A DNA stretch of 64,000 nt from Camelus dromedarius (lineage: Eukaryota): NCBI RefSeq assembly GCF_036321535.1, contig NC_087454.1:35216001-35280000 (forward strand), read 5' to 3'. Of the stretch, positions 1-11,689 are shown one piece after another. Numbering within the stretch: position 1 is the stretch's first letter; each line of letters starts with the position of its first letter. The notes below the pieces were generated by a model. The model did no database searches. It saw only the letters and a list, made by a program, of their open reading frames with translations, and was not told the origin of the DNA. A program made the position numbers and the translations under genes.

Positions 1-94
1 ATGTATAGTATTATTCCACCTTTATAAAATAATTTTTATTCCTACCTGTTTATCTATCACATTGCTTATAATCTACCACCCCGTGGTCTCTCTA

Positions 95-248
95 TACGCA
101 TATAGAAGGAAGTCTGTAATGTTTACCATTACCAGTTGCTTGTTATTTCTGGGTGGTAGAAATGGAGGTGGTTTATTACTTTCTTTTTAAGTTTTTTTGT
201 ATTGATTGACATTTTAAATAATAGGCATGGATCATTAAAAAAAAAAAA
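95..248 (+). mobile_element. Old L1 (L1ME-type) 3' end
   Basis: Matches the recalled L1ME 3' UTR pattern (..gttatttctgggtggtagaaatggaggtggtttattactttctttt..) and ends in an A-run. Confidence 0.5.
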
Positions 249-306
249 GTCAACAGAATGCAAAAGCAAAATTTAGCCCATTAAAAGAGCCCATCAACCA
301 AGCAGT

Positions 307-399
307 CAGGGCTGGGACGACGGTGAAGCAGGTGAGGAGCCTTGGGTGCAAAATTCAGACAGGTGCTCCCTCACAGGGCCAGGCAAGTGCACCCTCGGC
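307..399 (+). mobile_element. Partial hAT-type MITE, MER96-like
   Basis: Starts CAGGGCTGGGACGACGGTGAAGCAGGTGAGG...GGGTGCAAAATT...CAGGGCCAGGCAAGTGC, resembling the left half of the recalled MER96 consensus. Confidence 0.4.
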
Positions 400-1369
400 T
401 CCTCCGTGCCTCTCCGTGGTCCGTGACAGCCCTGCAGATGACGCAGGGAGGACTTACAGATCAGCGTAGGTGAAGAACAGCATGTTTGGAATTCTGGATA
501 GATGAGGAAAGCAGACTCTCATAAACGATTTTTTTTTTTTTTTAGTATTTTTTTAAGTGTCTGCAAAAGAAATAGCCATTACACTTTAGAAGTTCATTGA
601 TGAGAACCCCTGAAAGCAACCAACACCCAGTCTCCCTGTTCTTTCCTCTCCCTCAGTTCAGCATCAGTGAGTGTGTTACAGGCTCCAGCCGTGGGGGGCA
701 CAGAGGGGCTCAGCCCCAGCACCCTCATTCCCTGACCACCCTCCCTCAGGTAGCACTACACCCTCCTTCAACTTTCCGGCCTGTTTTCCTGCTTTACAGA
801 CTGCCTAGCAGCTACCCCATTCCACGTGCACTCATACTTCACATGTGTAGTTGTGCTTTGTGTGTTACGTGTTGATTGCCCGTCTTGCGTTATTATAACA
901 TACACGCCGCGACGCTACCCTCATGGAAGCGTGATGGTGCGCAGTAGGTTTCTGCTTCTGGCTTCTGACATGACAGCGTAAAGGGCGCCACAGGAGGAAA
1001 GGGGTCGTTGTGCTTTCATGGAGTGACCGTGGACCCGATGCTGTTATGACAACAGGAAGATGGGTAGAATGCAGCCTTTGCTCCCTGCAGACAGAGTCTG
1101 CGTGCCTCCCTGCCTCTGCTCCCAGCACTGTTCATTCGCTCCCCAAATCGTTATCCCACAAACGCAGACCTTTGGTTTTTATTCCCCTTGCCCTTTTGTC
1201 ATAGTCTCTGTTTCTTCTTTTTTTTCCTTCTTGCCTTCAACTCTCACCCAGTTATTGCAGGGAAATATTTTTTCCTCTGTAAAAAAAATATCACTCTGAG
1301 TAATGAGCATAAAAGGTAATATGAGTAATTACACATTTATTAAGAGAAAGTCAAATTTGAAGAGAAAAC

Positions 1370-1560
1370 AATAATAATAGTGTTACCAACTGTGAACATC
1401 TATTAAGTGTTTGCTCTGTACCTGACTCTGCCAAGCAATTTCTGTGCATGGCCTCATTTAATCAGTACAGATAAGGAAACCATGGCAGCAAGAAGTAACT
1501 TGTCCGGGTCACGGAGCCAGTAACTGATCTGAACTCATCTGATTCCAGAGCCTGAGCCCT
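1370..1560 (-). mobile_element. MIR SINE
   Basis: Degenerate antisense MIR core (aataatag...ctattaagtg...cagataaggaaac...aagtaacttgtccgggtcac). Confidence 0.6.
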
Positions 1561-1854
1561 CCCAGGGGAAACAGAGAGGCTGTGGGGTTCATGTCTGATG
1601 TACCCCTTGTGAGGGTTTCCTCCGTCCCCTCCCCACTGCACCAGCAGTTGCTCCTTTCATGCTCTGACAGAGATCCTCTCACACTCGACTTCAGCTCTTA
1701 CCACGTGAAATGTGAGGCACGGGTCTGGAAGGTGCAGCCGGGTGCATCTTCTCTCGTTACCAGTGTCGTGAAGTATTTGCTCTCCTCATTCTTTGCGATC
1801 AGCAAGAACTTCCTATATATGTATCCATTCACACACCAAGAGTTCAAAACCCAT

Positions 1855-2020
1855 CATCTGCTACTTACTAGCGCTAGAGAGTTAGGCAGATTACTTAACC
1901 CTTCTGAACCTTAGGTGACTCCTGTGTAATGTGGGGAGGATGATGCCAGTGTTACAGTGTAACAGGAAAAACCTGAGATGTGTCTGCAAGGTGCCTGGCT
2001 CCGTGCCCAGCACAACACGG
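1855..2020 (+). mobile_element. MIR SINE
   Basis: ctacttactagc...ggcagattacttaacccttctgaacctt, a MIR core in sense orientation. Confidence 0.6.
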
Positions 2021-2119
2021 TTGCTCTGTGCATGCCTGCGTTGTCCCTCCTGTCCACCCCTGACTCTCCCGCTGCACCTTACATAGCATCTCAGCTATGT
2101 TATGTTACCTATTATGGCT

Positions 2120-2665
2120 TGAATTAGTTACTTACTACTATGCAACAAATTACCATGAACTTAGCAGCCTAAAGCAATCAACATTATCTCAAAGTTTCTG
2201 TAGGTCAGGGGTCTGGGAACAGCTTTGCCGGGTCGGGGTGGTGGGTGGGGGTTCTGGCTCAGTCCTCCTGAGGTCCCAGGCAAGATGGCAGCTGACTTGC
2301 AGTCATCTCCGGGCTCAGCCGGGGGAGAGTCTGCTTCCAAGCTCGCTCACGTGGCTGCTGACATGCTTCAGGAGATCGGCTTCTAAGCTTACTCAAGAGG
2401 GTGTCTCCACAGGGCTGTCTCAGGCCGTAGCAGCTGGCTTCCCCGGGAGCAAGCAAGCCAAGACAGAGAGAGACCGTCCACCCAAGATGGGAGCCATCGT
2501 CTTCTTATGATCGTATCTCAGAGGTGAGATCCCATGACTTTGGCTGCATTTTTATTAGAATCAAGTCCATAAATCCAGCCAGCACTCAAGAGGAGTGTCT
2601 AATACAAAAGCCTGCACACCAAGACGTGGAGGTCATTGGGGGGATATGAGAATCTGCCCACGACC
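2120..2665 (-). mobile_element. MaLR solo LTR (MLT1F/G-like)
   Basis: Begins with the reverse of the MLT1 terminus (tgaattagttacttactactatgcaacaaattacc...) and ends ...gggggatatgagaatctgcccacga. Confidence 0.7.
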
Positions 2666-3637
2666 TGGCTGAGTCTTACAGAGCTAGACCGGGGGTTGTG
2701 ATACGTGCAGTTGCCTTTCATCACTTTCACAGAAAGGGACTCACACACTTTGGGAACAAAAACATTGCTAAGCACCGTCACTGACTGTGCTGGCTGGGCT
2801 TCAGCCGACTCCACGAAGTAATAACAATACTGACTCCTTTTGCAAAGTCTTACAGCTGTCACACCACCTGTACCTTTCAATTCCCACTCTAGCATAATTA
2901 CACTTTTCCTCTGAGCTGGTTTGCTTCTTAAGAACCATTTCCCCTTGGGCTGTCTCCTTGGTACATTTTCCACTTCCTACTCTTTGGTTTATAGATGCCC
3001 ACCCACCCCCCAACACCCACACGCTAGCTTCCTTCCTCTGGGAGCGCCACAGATCAGGCAGGTAGTCATGGTGAAATGTAAATACCACTCCCAGCCCACG
3101 CCTGGAAGGCGACTTGTTTATTATTCCAGCGCAGTCACAGCATGCTGCCGCCACCTCCCCAGCGCGGCGTGTTCCGTGTTCCATCTCTGGCTGCTCTCGG
3201 CTCCTTTCCCCTCTTCCTCCTGCTGGCTGCCCTGCCCCTCGGTCACGGCACTGCCTCATTGCATTAGCCTCCCAAGAGGGTAGGACATAGATCAAATTGG
3301 ATAGTCGCATCCTTTCAGGTTTTAAAGAGATTCTGTAAATACTAACATATGTATGACGGAACTAGATGAACATGTCATAAATACTAAGTTAGTATTATAA
3401 ACATTAACATTTCACTGTGTAAATATTAAAACACATATTTTATATAAAAATCATCTGCTTGGAGATTAAAAAGTAAATCCAACGACTTGAAATTTTGTGT
3501 TCTTCCATTTCCATGAGTTATTGAGAGTCTGTTTCTTAGAGGCAGTATTCAATTACTGAGTGGTTTGTGACTGCCAATCACTTTATTAAACTTACCACCT
3601 TTGAGGAACAGAAGGGGCTGTGAACAGGTGAATGTTC

Positions 3638-3751
3638 TTTTTTTTTTCTTTTCTTTTTGAAGTACAGTCAGTTTCAATGTGTCAGTTTCTGGTGTACAGC
3701 ACAGTGTCCCAGTCATGCATATACATACATATATTAATTTTCACATTATTT
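3638..3751 (-). mobile_element. Severely 5'-truncated young L1 3' tip with target-site duplication
   Basis: T-tract then gaagtacagtcagtttcaatgtgtcagtttctggtgtacagc..., flanked by TGAACAGGTGAATGTTC (3621-3637) and TGAACAGGTGTATATTC (3752-3768), a 17-bp duplication with 2 mismatches. Confidence 0.8.
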
Positions 3752-3979
3752 TGAACAGGTGTATATTCTGAGGTAGATTTGATGGTGGCAGTTACACAGG
3801 GAGGGGAAGAGACAGTGTGATCATGGAAAAACTGAGATGCACTGGCTGTGAGTCATGAGAGAGAAATGTTTACAAAAATGAAAACCCGATAGCCTCATTT
3901 AGTTATGATGAACTTTGTGACATTTACTTTGCTAAAGTTATACCGAGCAGAACATTTTGCAGAAGAAGAATCATACTCC

Positions 3980-4207
3980 TTTTTTTAAAAAAATTGAAGT
4001 GTAATTGATTTATAATGCATCAGTTTCAGGTGTACCGCAAAGTAATTCAGTTATACATATGCATACATGTATCTATTCTTTTCAAATTCTTTTCCATTAT
4101 AGATTATTCTGTGAATCCCAAACTCCCAATTTATTCCTCCCCCTCCTTTCCCCTTTGGGAACCATAAGTTTGTTTTCTGTGCCTGTGAGTCTATTGCCAT
4201 TTTGTAA
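3980..4207 (-). mobile_element. Cetartiodactyl-type L1 3' UTR fragment
   Basis: Aligns by eye to the antisense L1 at 17734-18050, with an ~80-nt internal deletion. Confidence 0.8.
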
Positions 4208-6268
4208 AAGAAAAGTCAGAAAACAACGAACAAAATGGAAATAGTAACTCCATACTTACCAATAATTACTTAAATATAAATGAACTACATTCTCTAATTA
4301 AAAGATATAAAGTGGATGTGTGGATGAAAAAACAAGACCCATCTACATGCTGCTTACAAGTGAGTCACCTCCTTTAAGGACACAAAGTAAAAGGATGGAA
4401 AAAGATATTCCATGCCAATGGAAATAAAAAAAAAGCAGAGGTAGCCGTACTTATGTCAAACAAGATAGACTTTAAGCCAAAGACTATTATAGGAGACAAA
4501 GAAGGTCATTATATAATGATAAAGGGGTAAATCCAACAGGAGGATATAATATTTATAAATATCTATGCACCCAACCTAGGAGTGCCTAAATATATAAAGC
4601 AAGTATAACAAATCTGAAGAGATAAAGACAGCCATCCAATAATAGTAGAGGATTTTCATACATTTAACAACAGGCAGATCATCCAGACAGATAATCAATA
4701 AGGAAACACTGGACTTAAACTGCATGTTAGACCAGACAGACTTAACGTAGAACACGCCATCCAAGAGCAGCAGAACACGCATTCTTCTCAAGTGGCATGA
4801 AATATTCTCCAGTTTGTATCATATGTTAGGCCTCAACACAAATCTTAATAAATTTAAGAAGACTGAAATCATAGCAGCATCTTTTCTGATCACAAAAGGG
4901 TGAAACTGGAAATCAATTACAAAGAGAAAACTGGAAAATTCACAAGTATGTGGAGATTAAAAGCATACTACTGAACATAAAATGGATCAAAGAAGGGATT
5001 GAAAGAAAATTAAAATATTATTTGAGACAACTGAAAATGGAAATACAACACACCAGAACATATGGGATACAGCAGAGGCAGTAGGGTGTTCATAGTAATA
5101 AATGCCTACAGTAAGAAATAAAAAACTCAAATACACAACCTAACTTTACACCTCAAGAAACTGGAAAAAGAGGAATAAACAAAGCCCATAGTAGAAGGAA
5201 GGAAATAACAAATATGAGAGTGGAAATCAAAGAAATAGAGATGAAAAACACAATAGAAAAGATCAATAAAAGTAAAAGCTGGCTTTTTGAAAAGATACAC
5301 AAGTTAAACAAACCTTTAGCTAGACTTTCCAAGAAAAAGATTCAAAAAACACAATTATCAGTGAAAGAAGAGACATTACAACTGATACCACAGGGGAGAA
5401 AAAAGGATCATAAGAGACCGTTACAAATTACTATACATCAACAAGTTGGACAATATAGAAGAAATGGGTAAACTTCTAGAAACACACAATCTACTAAGAC
5501 TGAATCATGAAGAAACAGAAAATCTGGACAGANNNNNNNNNNNNNNNNNNNNNNNNNNNNNNNNNNNNNNNNNNNNNNNNNNNNNNNNNNNNNNNNNNNN
5601 NNNNNNNNNNNNNNNNNNNNNNNNNNNNNNNNNNNNNNNNNNNNNNNNNNNNNNNNNNNNNNNNNAAAAGCTGAAGATAAGGGAGTATTTTCTGAACTCA
5701 CTTTATGAGGCCAGCATTATCCTAATACCAAAATCAGACAAGGACACTACAAGAAAAGAGAATTATAGGCTACAATCCTCTTGGACATAGATGCAAAAGT
5801 CCTTAAGAAAATATTAGCAAACCAAACTCAATATATTACAAGGATTATGCACTATGATTAGTTGGAATTTACTCCAGGGATGCAAGGATGGTTCAACACC
5901 CACAAATCAACGCGATACATTGGTTGTCAGGAGCAGAGGGGAGGACTGGGGAGGAATGGAGTGAGGTTAGTTAAAGGGCATAAACGTTCAGTTATAAGAT
6001 GAATGAGGCCTGAGGATCTAATGTAAAACATGGTGTCTATAGTTGATAATGCTGTATGGTGCAATTAGAATTTGGCAATGAGATTAGAACATAAATGTTT
6101 TTACCAAAAAGAAAAGAAAAAGACAAGTATGTGAGGTAATGGATGTATTAAGTAACTAGATGAAGGAACCCTTTCACACTGTATATCAAATCACCATGAT
6201 ATACACTTTACATACCTTATAATTTTGTATGTCTAATATACTGCAATAAACCTAAAGTTTAAAAAAAG
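4208..6268 (+). mobile_element. Decayed L1 (L1MA9-like): ORF2 endonuclease to N-terminal RT, internal deletion, then 3' UTR
   Basis: Frameshifted ORF2 peptides (..IEKINKSKSWLFEKI.., ..NSLYEASIILIPK..DTTRKENYR.., ..PGMQGWFN..). It jumps to an L1MA9-type 3' UTR at ~5920 and ends AATAAA plus an A-run at 6246-6268. Confidence 0.9.
5533..5665. other. Assembly gap (133 N) inside L1 ORF2
   Basis: N run; the length is close to the ~46 ORF2 codons missing between ENLDR and the EYFLNSLYEAS block. Confidence 0.95.
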
Positions 6269-7499
6269 CTTTATCAGTAACCTCAAAACATTTCATTCTG
6301 ACAGGGCTTAAAAGGGGTTATTTCTCCAATGAAGTTTGCACCCATTTTATGGATGGTGCAGACTCAACTGGAGAAACATGGGTTTATTTTAGTTACCTGG
6401 TCAATATACTTTTTTAACAGTGGTATTTGAATTGTCTGAATGGCTCTGCTTATTAGAAGGAGCATAGTTCTGCTCATCGATATGTTTCTTATTTTTATGA
6501 AGTAGGTCTTGGCCTTTAGTGAAGACTTAGTGCCCATAATGATTTAATTTATACTGTGGGCACCACAACTAGAAAGTAAGAGTGACATGAGAAAAGGATA
6601 ATCTATACGATCTTCTTTTAAATCCTTTGTGGATCAAGGTCAAAAATAAATGAAGCAATAAATGAAGGTTCTGTGTTCATTTAAATGACTAAAAATGTAT
6701 TCTGATCAAGGGAGATGATGTACATTATGGCCTTTAAGCTGAAACGCATTATGCAAATGTCAATCATTGCCCCAACCCGAGGAAGGCTGCTTGTGAGCCT
6801 CCTCTAAGCATCACCCTCCATGTGCCTGTTTATTGGAGAAGCGGATGGTGACGCAGAGGCAGAGATGCAGGACGGACTCAGGGGCAGGTGCTAGATAGAG
6901 TTTTTATTGGGCTCCTCTGGTATAATTTCTTTCGTGTTGAAAAGCTTGACAGTCTAACTTCTCCCAGTCCAATTTACATGTTGTTTACCCAGACAGAGCA
7001 CTCACATGGTAGGTTTTCTTTTGGCTGGTAACTGAGAAAAGAGGATTGACAATGACTGAGGCCTCGGGTGCCGTTTTCTGCAGTACGGAAAGCTCTTTCC
7101 ACTGTATTAATCCAGTTTCCTCAACAGCATTTTGAGGGTGGCGTTTTTTTTATCTCTTTCACAGACATAAAGAGAGTGAATGTTGGAGTTAATATGATTC
7201 ACCCAAGATCTCATCCCTAGTTCGTGGCAGATGCAAAAATTCAGTGCAAAATGGTGAGTTCTTTACGCCAGCCTACGTGACAGACAGCGTTTGGCGCGTT
7301 TCTATCAAGACCAAGTGTTGTTCAATATTTGCCTCATCATCAGCATGTTTGCTAGACTGAGAAAAACAGAGATGCAGATAGATTCAAACTGCTCACTTGT
7401 AACTTCTCTCAATGGAGGAGCAGATTAAAGACTTGGTCATGTGAAATTTTGGATTGTTCACATACTATTACAACCTGCAAAGCTGAATAAATAAATGGT

Positions 7500-7915
7500 T
7501 ATGATTTCTTATTTCTTTAAAATACATATGACTGTTTAAATCAAAATTATAAAGTTTTGCTGTGGGGTTTATAACATATGTAAATGTAATACATGTAAAA
7601 ACTGTAACATGAAGAATCAGATGAACATAGATAATTGCAAGGGTTTTAGGGTTTATATGAATTAGTATATTTACTCTAAGTGAACTGTGAAAATTTAAGG
7701 ATGCACATTGTAATCCCTAGAGCTAAAAAGCCAATAGGCAAAATCGGATTATAAAATATATTTACTCAAAAGATTGTGGGAAAGGGAGAACAGAGGGTCA
7801 AAAATCAGATGGTACCAACAGGCAACAAATAATAAAATAGTAGACTTACCCAAACATATCAATAATTATATTAAATGTAAATGGACTAAACTTTCCAAAT
7901 AAAATACAAGAGATG
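7500..7915 (+). mobile_element. Old L1 (L1M) inter-ORF / ORF2 start fragment
   Basis: ..gcacattgtaatccctagagc.. and ..caataattatattaaatgtaaatggactaaac.. are typical of the region leading into old L1 ORF2. Confidence 0.6.
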
Positions 7916-8481
7916 AAGGATAGAATATTAATTTATAGTAACAGGAAATCAAAAATGTTAAGGTGGTGACTTCGGTTCTGGCTCTAAATGTGCTTGAATT
8001 CTAAACTAATTTACCCATGAGACTGTGTAAGCTCTCAGGCTTCTTGAATGATTTGAGTGGCTTTCTCTTACAGCACGGATCTATAAACTCTTCAAAATAT
8101 CCTTAAATTCAAGTTTGGGGCAGCAGAGTGTTCCCTCTCCCAGAGGGCTTTGGGATTCCTACCCAAATTTCCTCCAGTGTTATACTGCATATGATAAGAT
8201 TTAATTTGCCTATTTGATTTGCATATACACTTAAGTGACCCTTTATAGAACAACAAAGATCAGCCTTTTCAGGTTAAGAAAAAATTCCTACTATGACTGT
8301 TATAATTTCCTCGATGACTACCTCTGGTAAGGCTGAAAGCTCTGTCTTGTCCCTTTCCATTTCCTCAGGAAATTGATCCAAAGCCTAGCACAGAGTGGGC
8401 ACTCAGTAAATAAATAACACAACATGATCAGCTCTAGAAGCAATTTACAGCCACCTGTCGGGTACTACTTGTTAACTTCTA

Positions 8482-9230
8482 AAATTAATTTTATTGGTGT
8501 ATACATTTTACATAATAAAAAGTCCCCATTTTAAGTGTACAATTTGATGAGTTTAATAAATGTATACATCCACGTAACCACCACCAGAGTCAAGATACTT
8601 CCATTACCCTCAAAAGTTCCCTCATGCCTTTTGCCATCAGTCTTTCCACATTTTTTCCCCAATCCCTGACTGCAGGTACCCAGTGATCAAGGTTATACCA
8701 CTTAATGTTAGTTTGCATTTTCTAGAATTTATATATATATAAAAGGAGTCATACAGTATATATCCTTTTGTGTCTGGCTTTTTTTTTTTTTTTTTGCTCA
8801 GTTTTTGAAATTCATCTACATTGTTACATGTATTAGTAAAGTATTATTGTTGTTATTCCATTGTTTCAACACAGTATACTTTGTCCATTCATTTATCTGT
8901 TGATGACTATTTGGATTGTTTCCAGTTTTGGGCTATTTTTAACAAAATTGCTATCATTTGTAAATAAGCATTTGTACCGATATATGTTTTCATTTTGGGG
9001 GTATAAATGTTTAGGGGTAGAGTGGCTGGATCATTATACTAGGTATATGCTTATAAAAAACTTATCAAACATTGTTTTCCGAAAGTAGTTTTATCATTTT
9101 TCAGTCCCACCAGCAAAGCAGGAGTTCCAGGTGCTCCATGTGTTCAGTAACGCTTGAGACCATCAATCCTCTTATTTTTAGTCATTCTAGGGGATAGGTG
9201 GTGGTGTCTCGCTTTAAAATCCACCTGCTG
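8482..9230 (-). mobile_element. Old L1 (L1MB/L1MC-type) 3' end
   Basis: ..cccattttaagtgtacaatttgatgagttt.. and ..ttggattgtttccagttttgggctatt.. are antisense L1 3' signatures. Confidence 0.75.
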
Positions 9231-9437
9231 AAATCTCTGAATTCCCATCTCGCCCCCTGTGACCAGCTATCACTTTGGACTTTCATTGTTTGAAAATTAA
9301 TGACAACAATCATTGTCAAAAAATTACTACTAGAACACCACCACCACCAATGGAGCATTTACCACTCTCCTCCCCTGAGGCTGTAAGTTCCGAGACCTAT
9401 CTGCAGCACAATGCGTGGAGCACAGGCAGTGCATTTA

Positions 9438-9800
9438 TTAGCTATCTGTTGCTGTGTAATAAATTACCCCCAATTTTAGCGGCTCAAAATGACAAATGTT
9501 TATTGTTTCACACAGTTTCTGAGGGTTAGGAATCCAGGAGCAGCTTAGCTGAGTGGTCCTAGGTCCAGGCCTATAGTGAGGTTGCAGCTAGGGGATTGGC
9601 TGGTTCTACAGTCATTGGAGGGCTTGCCTGAGACTGGAGCATTGGCTTTCCAGATGACTCACTTGCATAGCTGTGGGCAGAGGTCATATTCAGTTCCTTT
9701 CTGGCTGTCGTCAGCAGCCCTGGATTCCTTGTCGTGCGGCTCTCTCCATTGGGCTGCCCAGCAGGGAACTTTCTCCAAAGTGAGTGATCCAAGAGACAAA
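9438..9800 (-). mobile_element. MaLR LTR (MLT1 family)
   Basis: tagctatctgttgctgtgtaataaattaccccc..cagcttagctgagtggt.., the reverse MLT1 terminus. Confidence 0.7.
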
Positions 9801-9869
9801 GATAGATGTTGATTACACAGGCCAGCCAGTATATGGTGAATATTTATGGACTGAACAGAGGTGTGCCTG

Positions 9870-10045
9870 ACACTATGCTAAGCATTTTACTTAATCACCT
9901 TACTTAACCCTGATAACAACCCATGGACCATTGTCCTCATTTGTGGTAATAAAACTGAGGCTTATGGAAGTTAAGTGATCTGTCCAACTCTACAAAGCTA
10001 TTAAGGGGCAGAGCTAGAGTTGAAAGTTGGACCTTTCCAGCCCCA
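9870..10045 (-). mobile_element. MIR SINE
   Basis: ..ctatgctaagcattttac..aaactgaggcttatggaagttaagtgatctgtcc.. Confidence 0.65.
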
Positions 10046-10277
10046 AAGGATGTGAAAAATGGTTCACACTGAAAATGAATTGCACTATTCAAAAAAAAAA
10101 AAAAAAGATTTTTATGGTAGTTAAAATTTTGTTTAAATTGAGTCAAAATCCTTTACATATGGGAAAAGAAACTAGAAATTATATTAATAGGCAAACCCTA
10201 GATCTCTTCAGGAGGATAAAGAACTGGTTCCCTATTCTCCAGTTGACAAGGTGTTTTCATTTTTTTCTCCCTTGTCA

Positions 10278-10451
10278 NNNNNNNNNNNNNNNNNNNNNNN
10301 NNNNNNNNNNNNNNNNNNNNNNNNNNNNNNNNNNNNNNNNNNNNNNNNNNNNNNNNNNNNNNNNNNNNNNNNNNNNNNNNNNNNNNNNNNNNNNNNNNNN
10401 NNNNNNNNNNNNNNNNNNNNNNNNNNNNNNNNNNNNNNNNNNNNNNNNNNN
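10278..10451. other. Assembly gap (174 N)
   Basis: N run abutting an L1 3' UTR. Confidence 0.95.
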
Positions 10452-10817
10452 AAGTAAGTCAAACAGAGAAAGACAAATATCATATGGTATCACTTATATG
10501 TGGATCTAAAATATGATACAAATGAACTTACTTACAAAACAGAAATAGACTCACAAAGAAAACAAACTTATGCTTATCAAAGGGGAAAGTTGGGGGGAGT
10601 GATAAATTAGGAGTTTGGGATTAGCAGATACAAACTACTATATACAGAATAGATAAACAAGGTCCTACTGTATAGCACAGGGAACTATATTCAATAACTT
10701 GTGATAACCCATAATGAAAAGGAATATGAAAAGAATATATATATAACCGAATCACTATGCTGTACACCAGAAACTAACACAACATTGTAAATCAACTATA
10801 TTTTAATTAAAAAAAAA
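10452..10817 (+). mobile_element. Cetartiodactyl-type L1 3' UTR (5' part lost in gap)
   Basis: aagtaagtcaaacagagaaagacaaatatc...gaatcactatgctgtacaccagaaactaacacaacattgtaaatcaac plus an A-tail; homologous to the copies at 17734 and 45184. Confidence 0.9.
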
Positions 10818-11611
10818 CAACCTATAAGGTAGTTGCACGGATCTACAGAGCAAGTGAGACAGTACCTGTCGTCCAAGAGGTCACGGTCTTTTGGGGATTA
10901 AGGTGGGACAAAAATAATCGAACACAGGGACGTACACATAGGGAATTCTTAATAAGGTTTGAATTTTTAAAAAGACCAGCCATATCTTTAAAATACACTT
11001 GGTGTTTATTAAAATAATCTAGTGTGATCATCTCTGGAAGTCAATAGAAGATCAAGATGAGGGAGCCAGGCCTTTTAAATTTTTATTAATTTTTTTTTTA
11101 AAGCAGTTGGAAAACTTACAAGGTTAGTGACTTGCTTGCCATTCCAGACTCAGGTTCTCAGACAGGAACCACAGTTTTCCAATAAAGGTGCTATAAAATG
11201 GGTTTCTGGAATGCAGGAATGAAGGAAGAGTGGCTCAGGTTCAAAGTCCAGGTAACCTTCCGTGAGAAGGTAGGACTCAAGCCAGGACAAACAAAAGACA
11301 GGGTGGAGTGGGCAGAGCAGTGGAATTTAGGGACTGACAGGTGCGAGTAGTACTTGGTGGTACTTGGAACCATCCTCCCTGACTGGGAAGTAAAAAGCTC
11401 TCCTAGCAGAGTTGAAATGATGAAGTGCCCCCCTCCCCATTCACCCCAGGAAAACGGTCCTGTGCATAGTTGCAACTGACACCCCATATGCCTTAGAAAA
11501 ACTAGTTTCAGGCCAAAATCGGCCTTGTTACACTCAGCTTTCAGTCTTCTGCAGAAATGCGCATTCCGTGGCTCCAGATTTTAACTTTGGCAGGTTGGGG
11601 GCGGTAGTGGG

Positions 11612-11613
<2 letters not shown>

Positions 11614-11687
<74 letters not shown>
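11614..11687. repeat. (GT)37 microsatellite
   Basis: Uninterrupted GT dinucleotide run of 74 nt, ~0.6 kb upstream of the CpG island. Confidence 0.97.
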
Positions 11688-11689
<2 letters not shown>

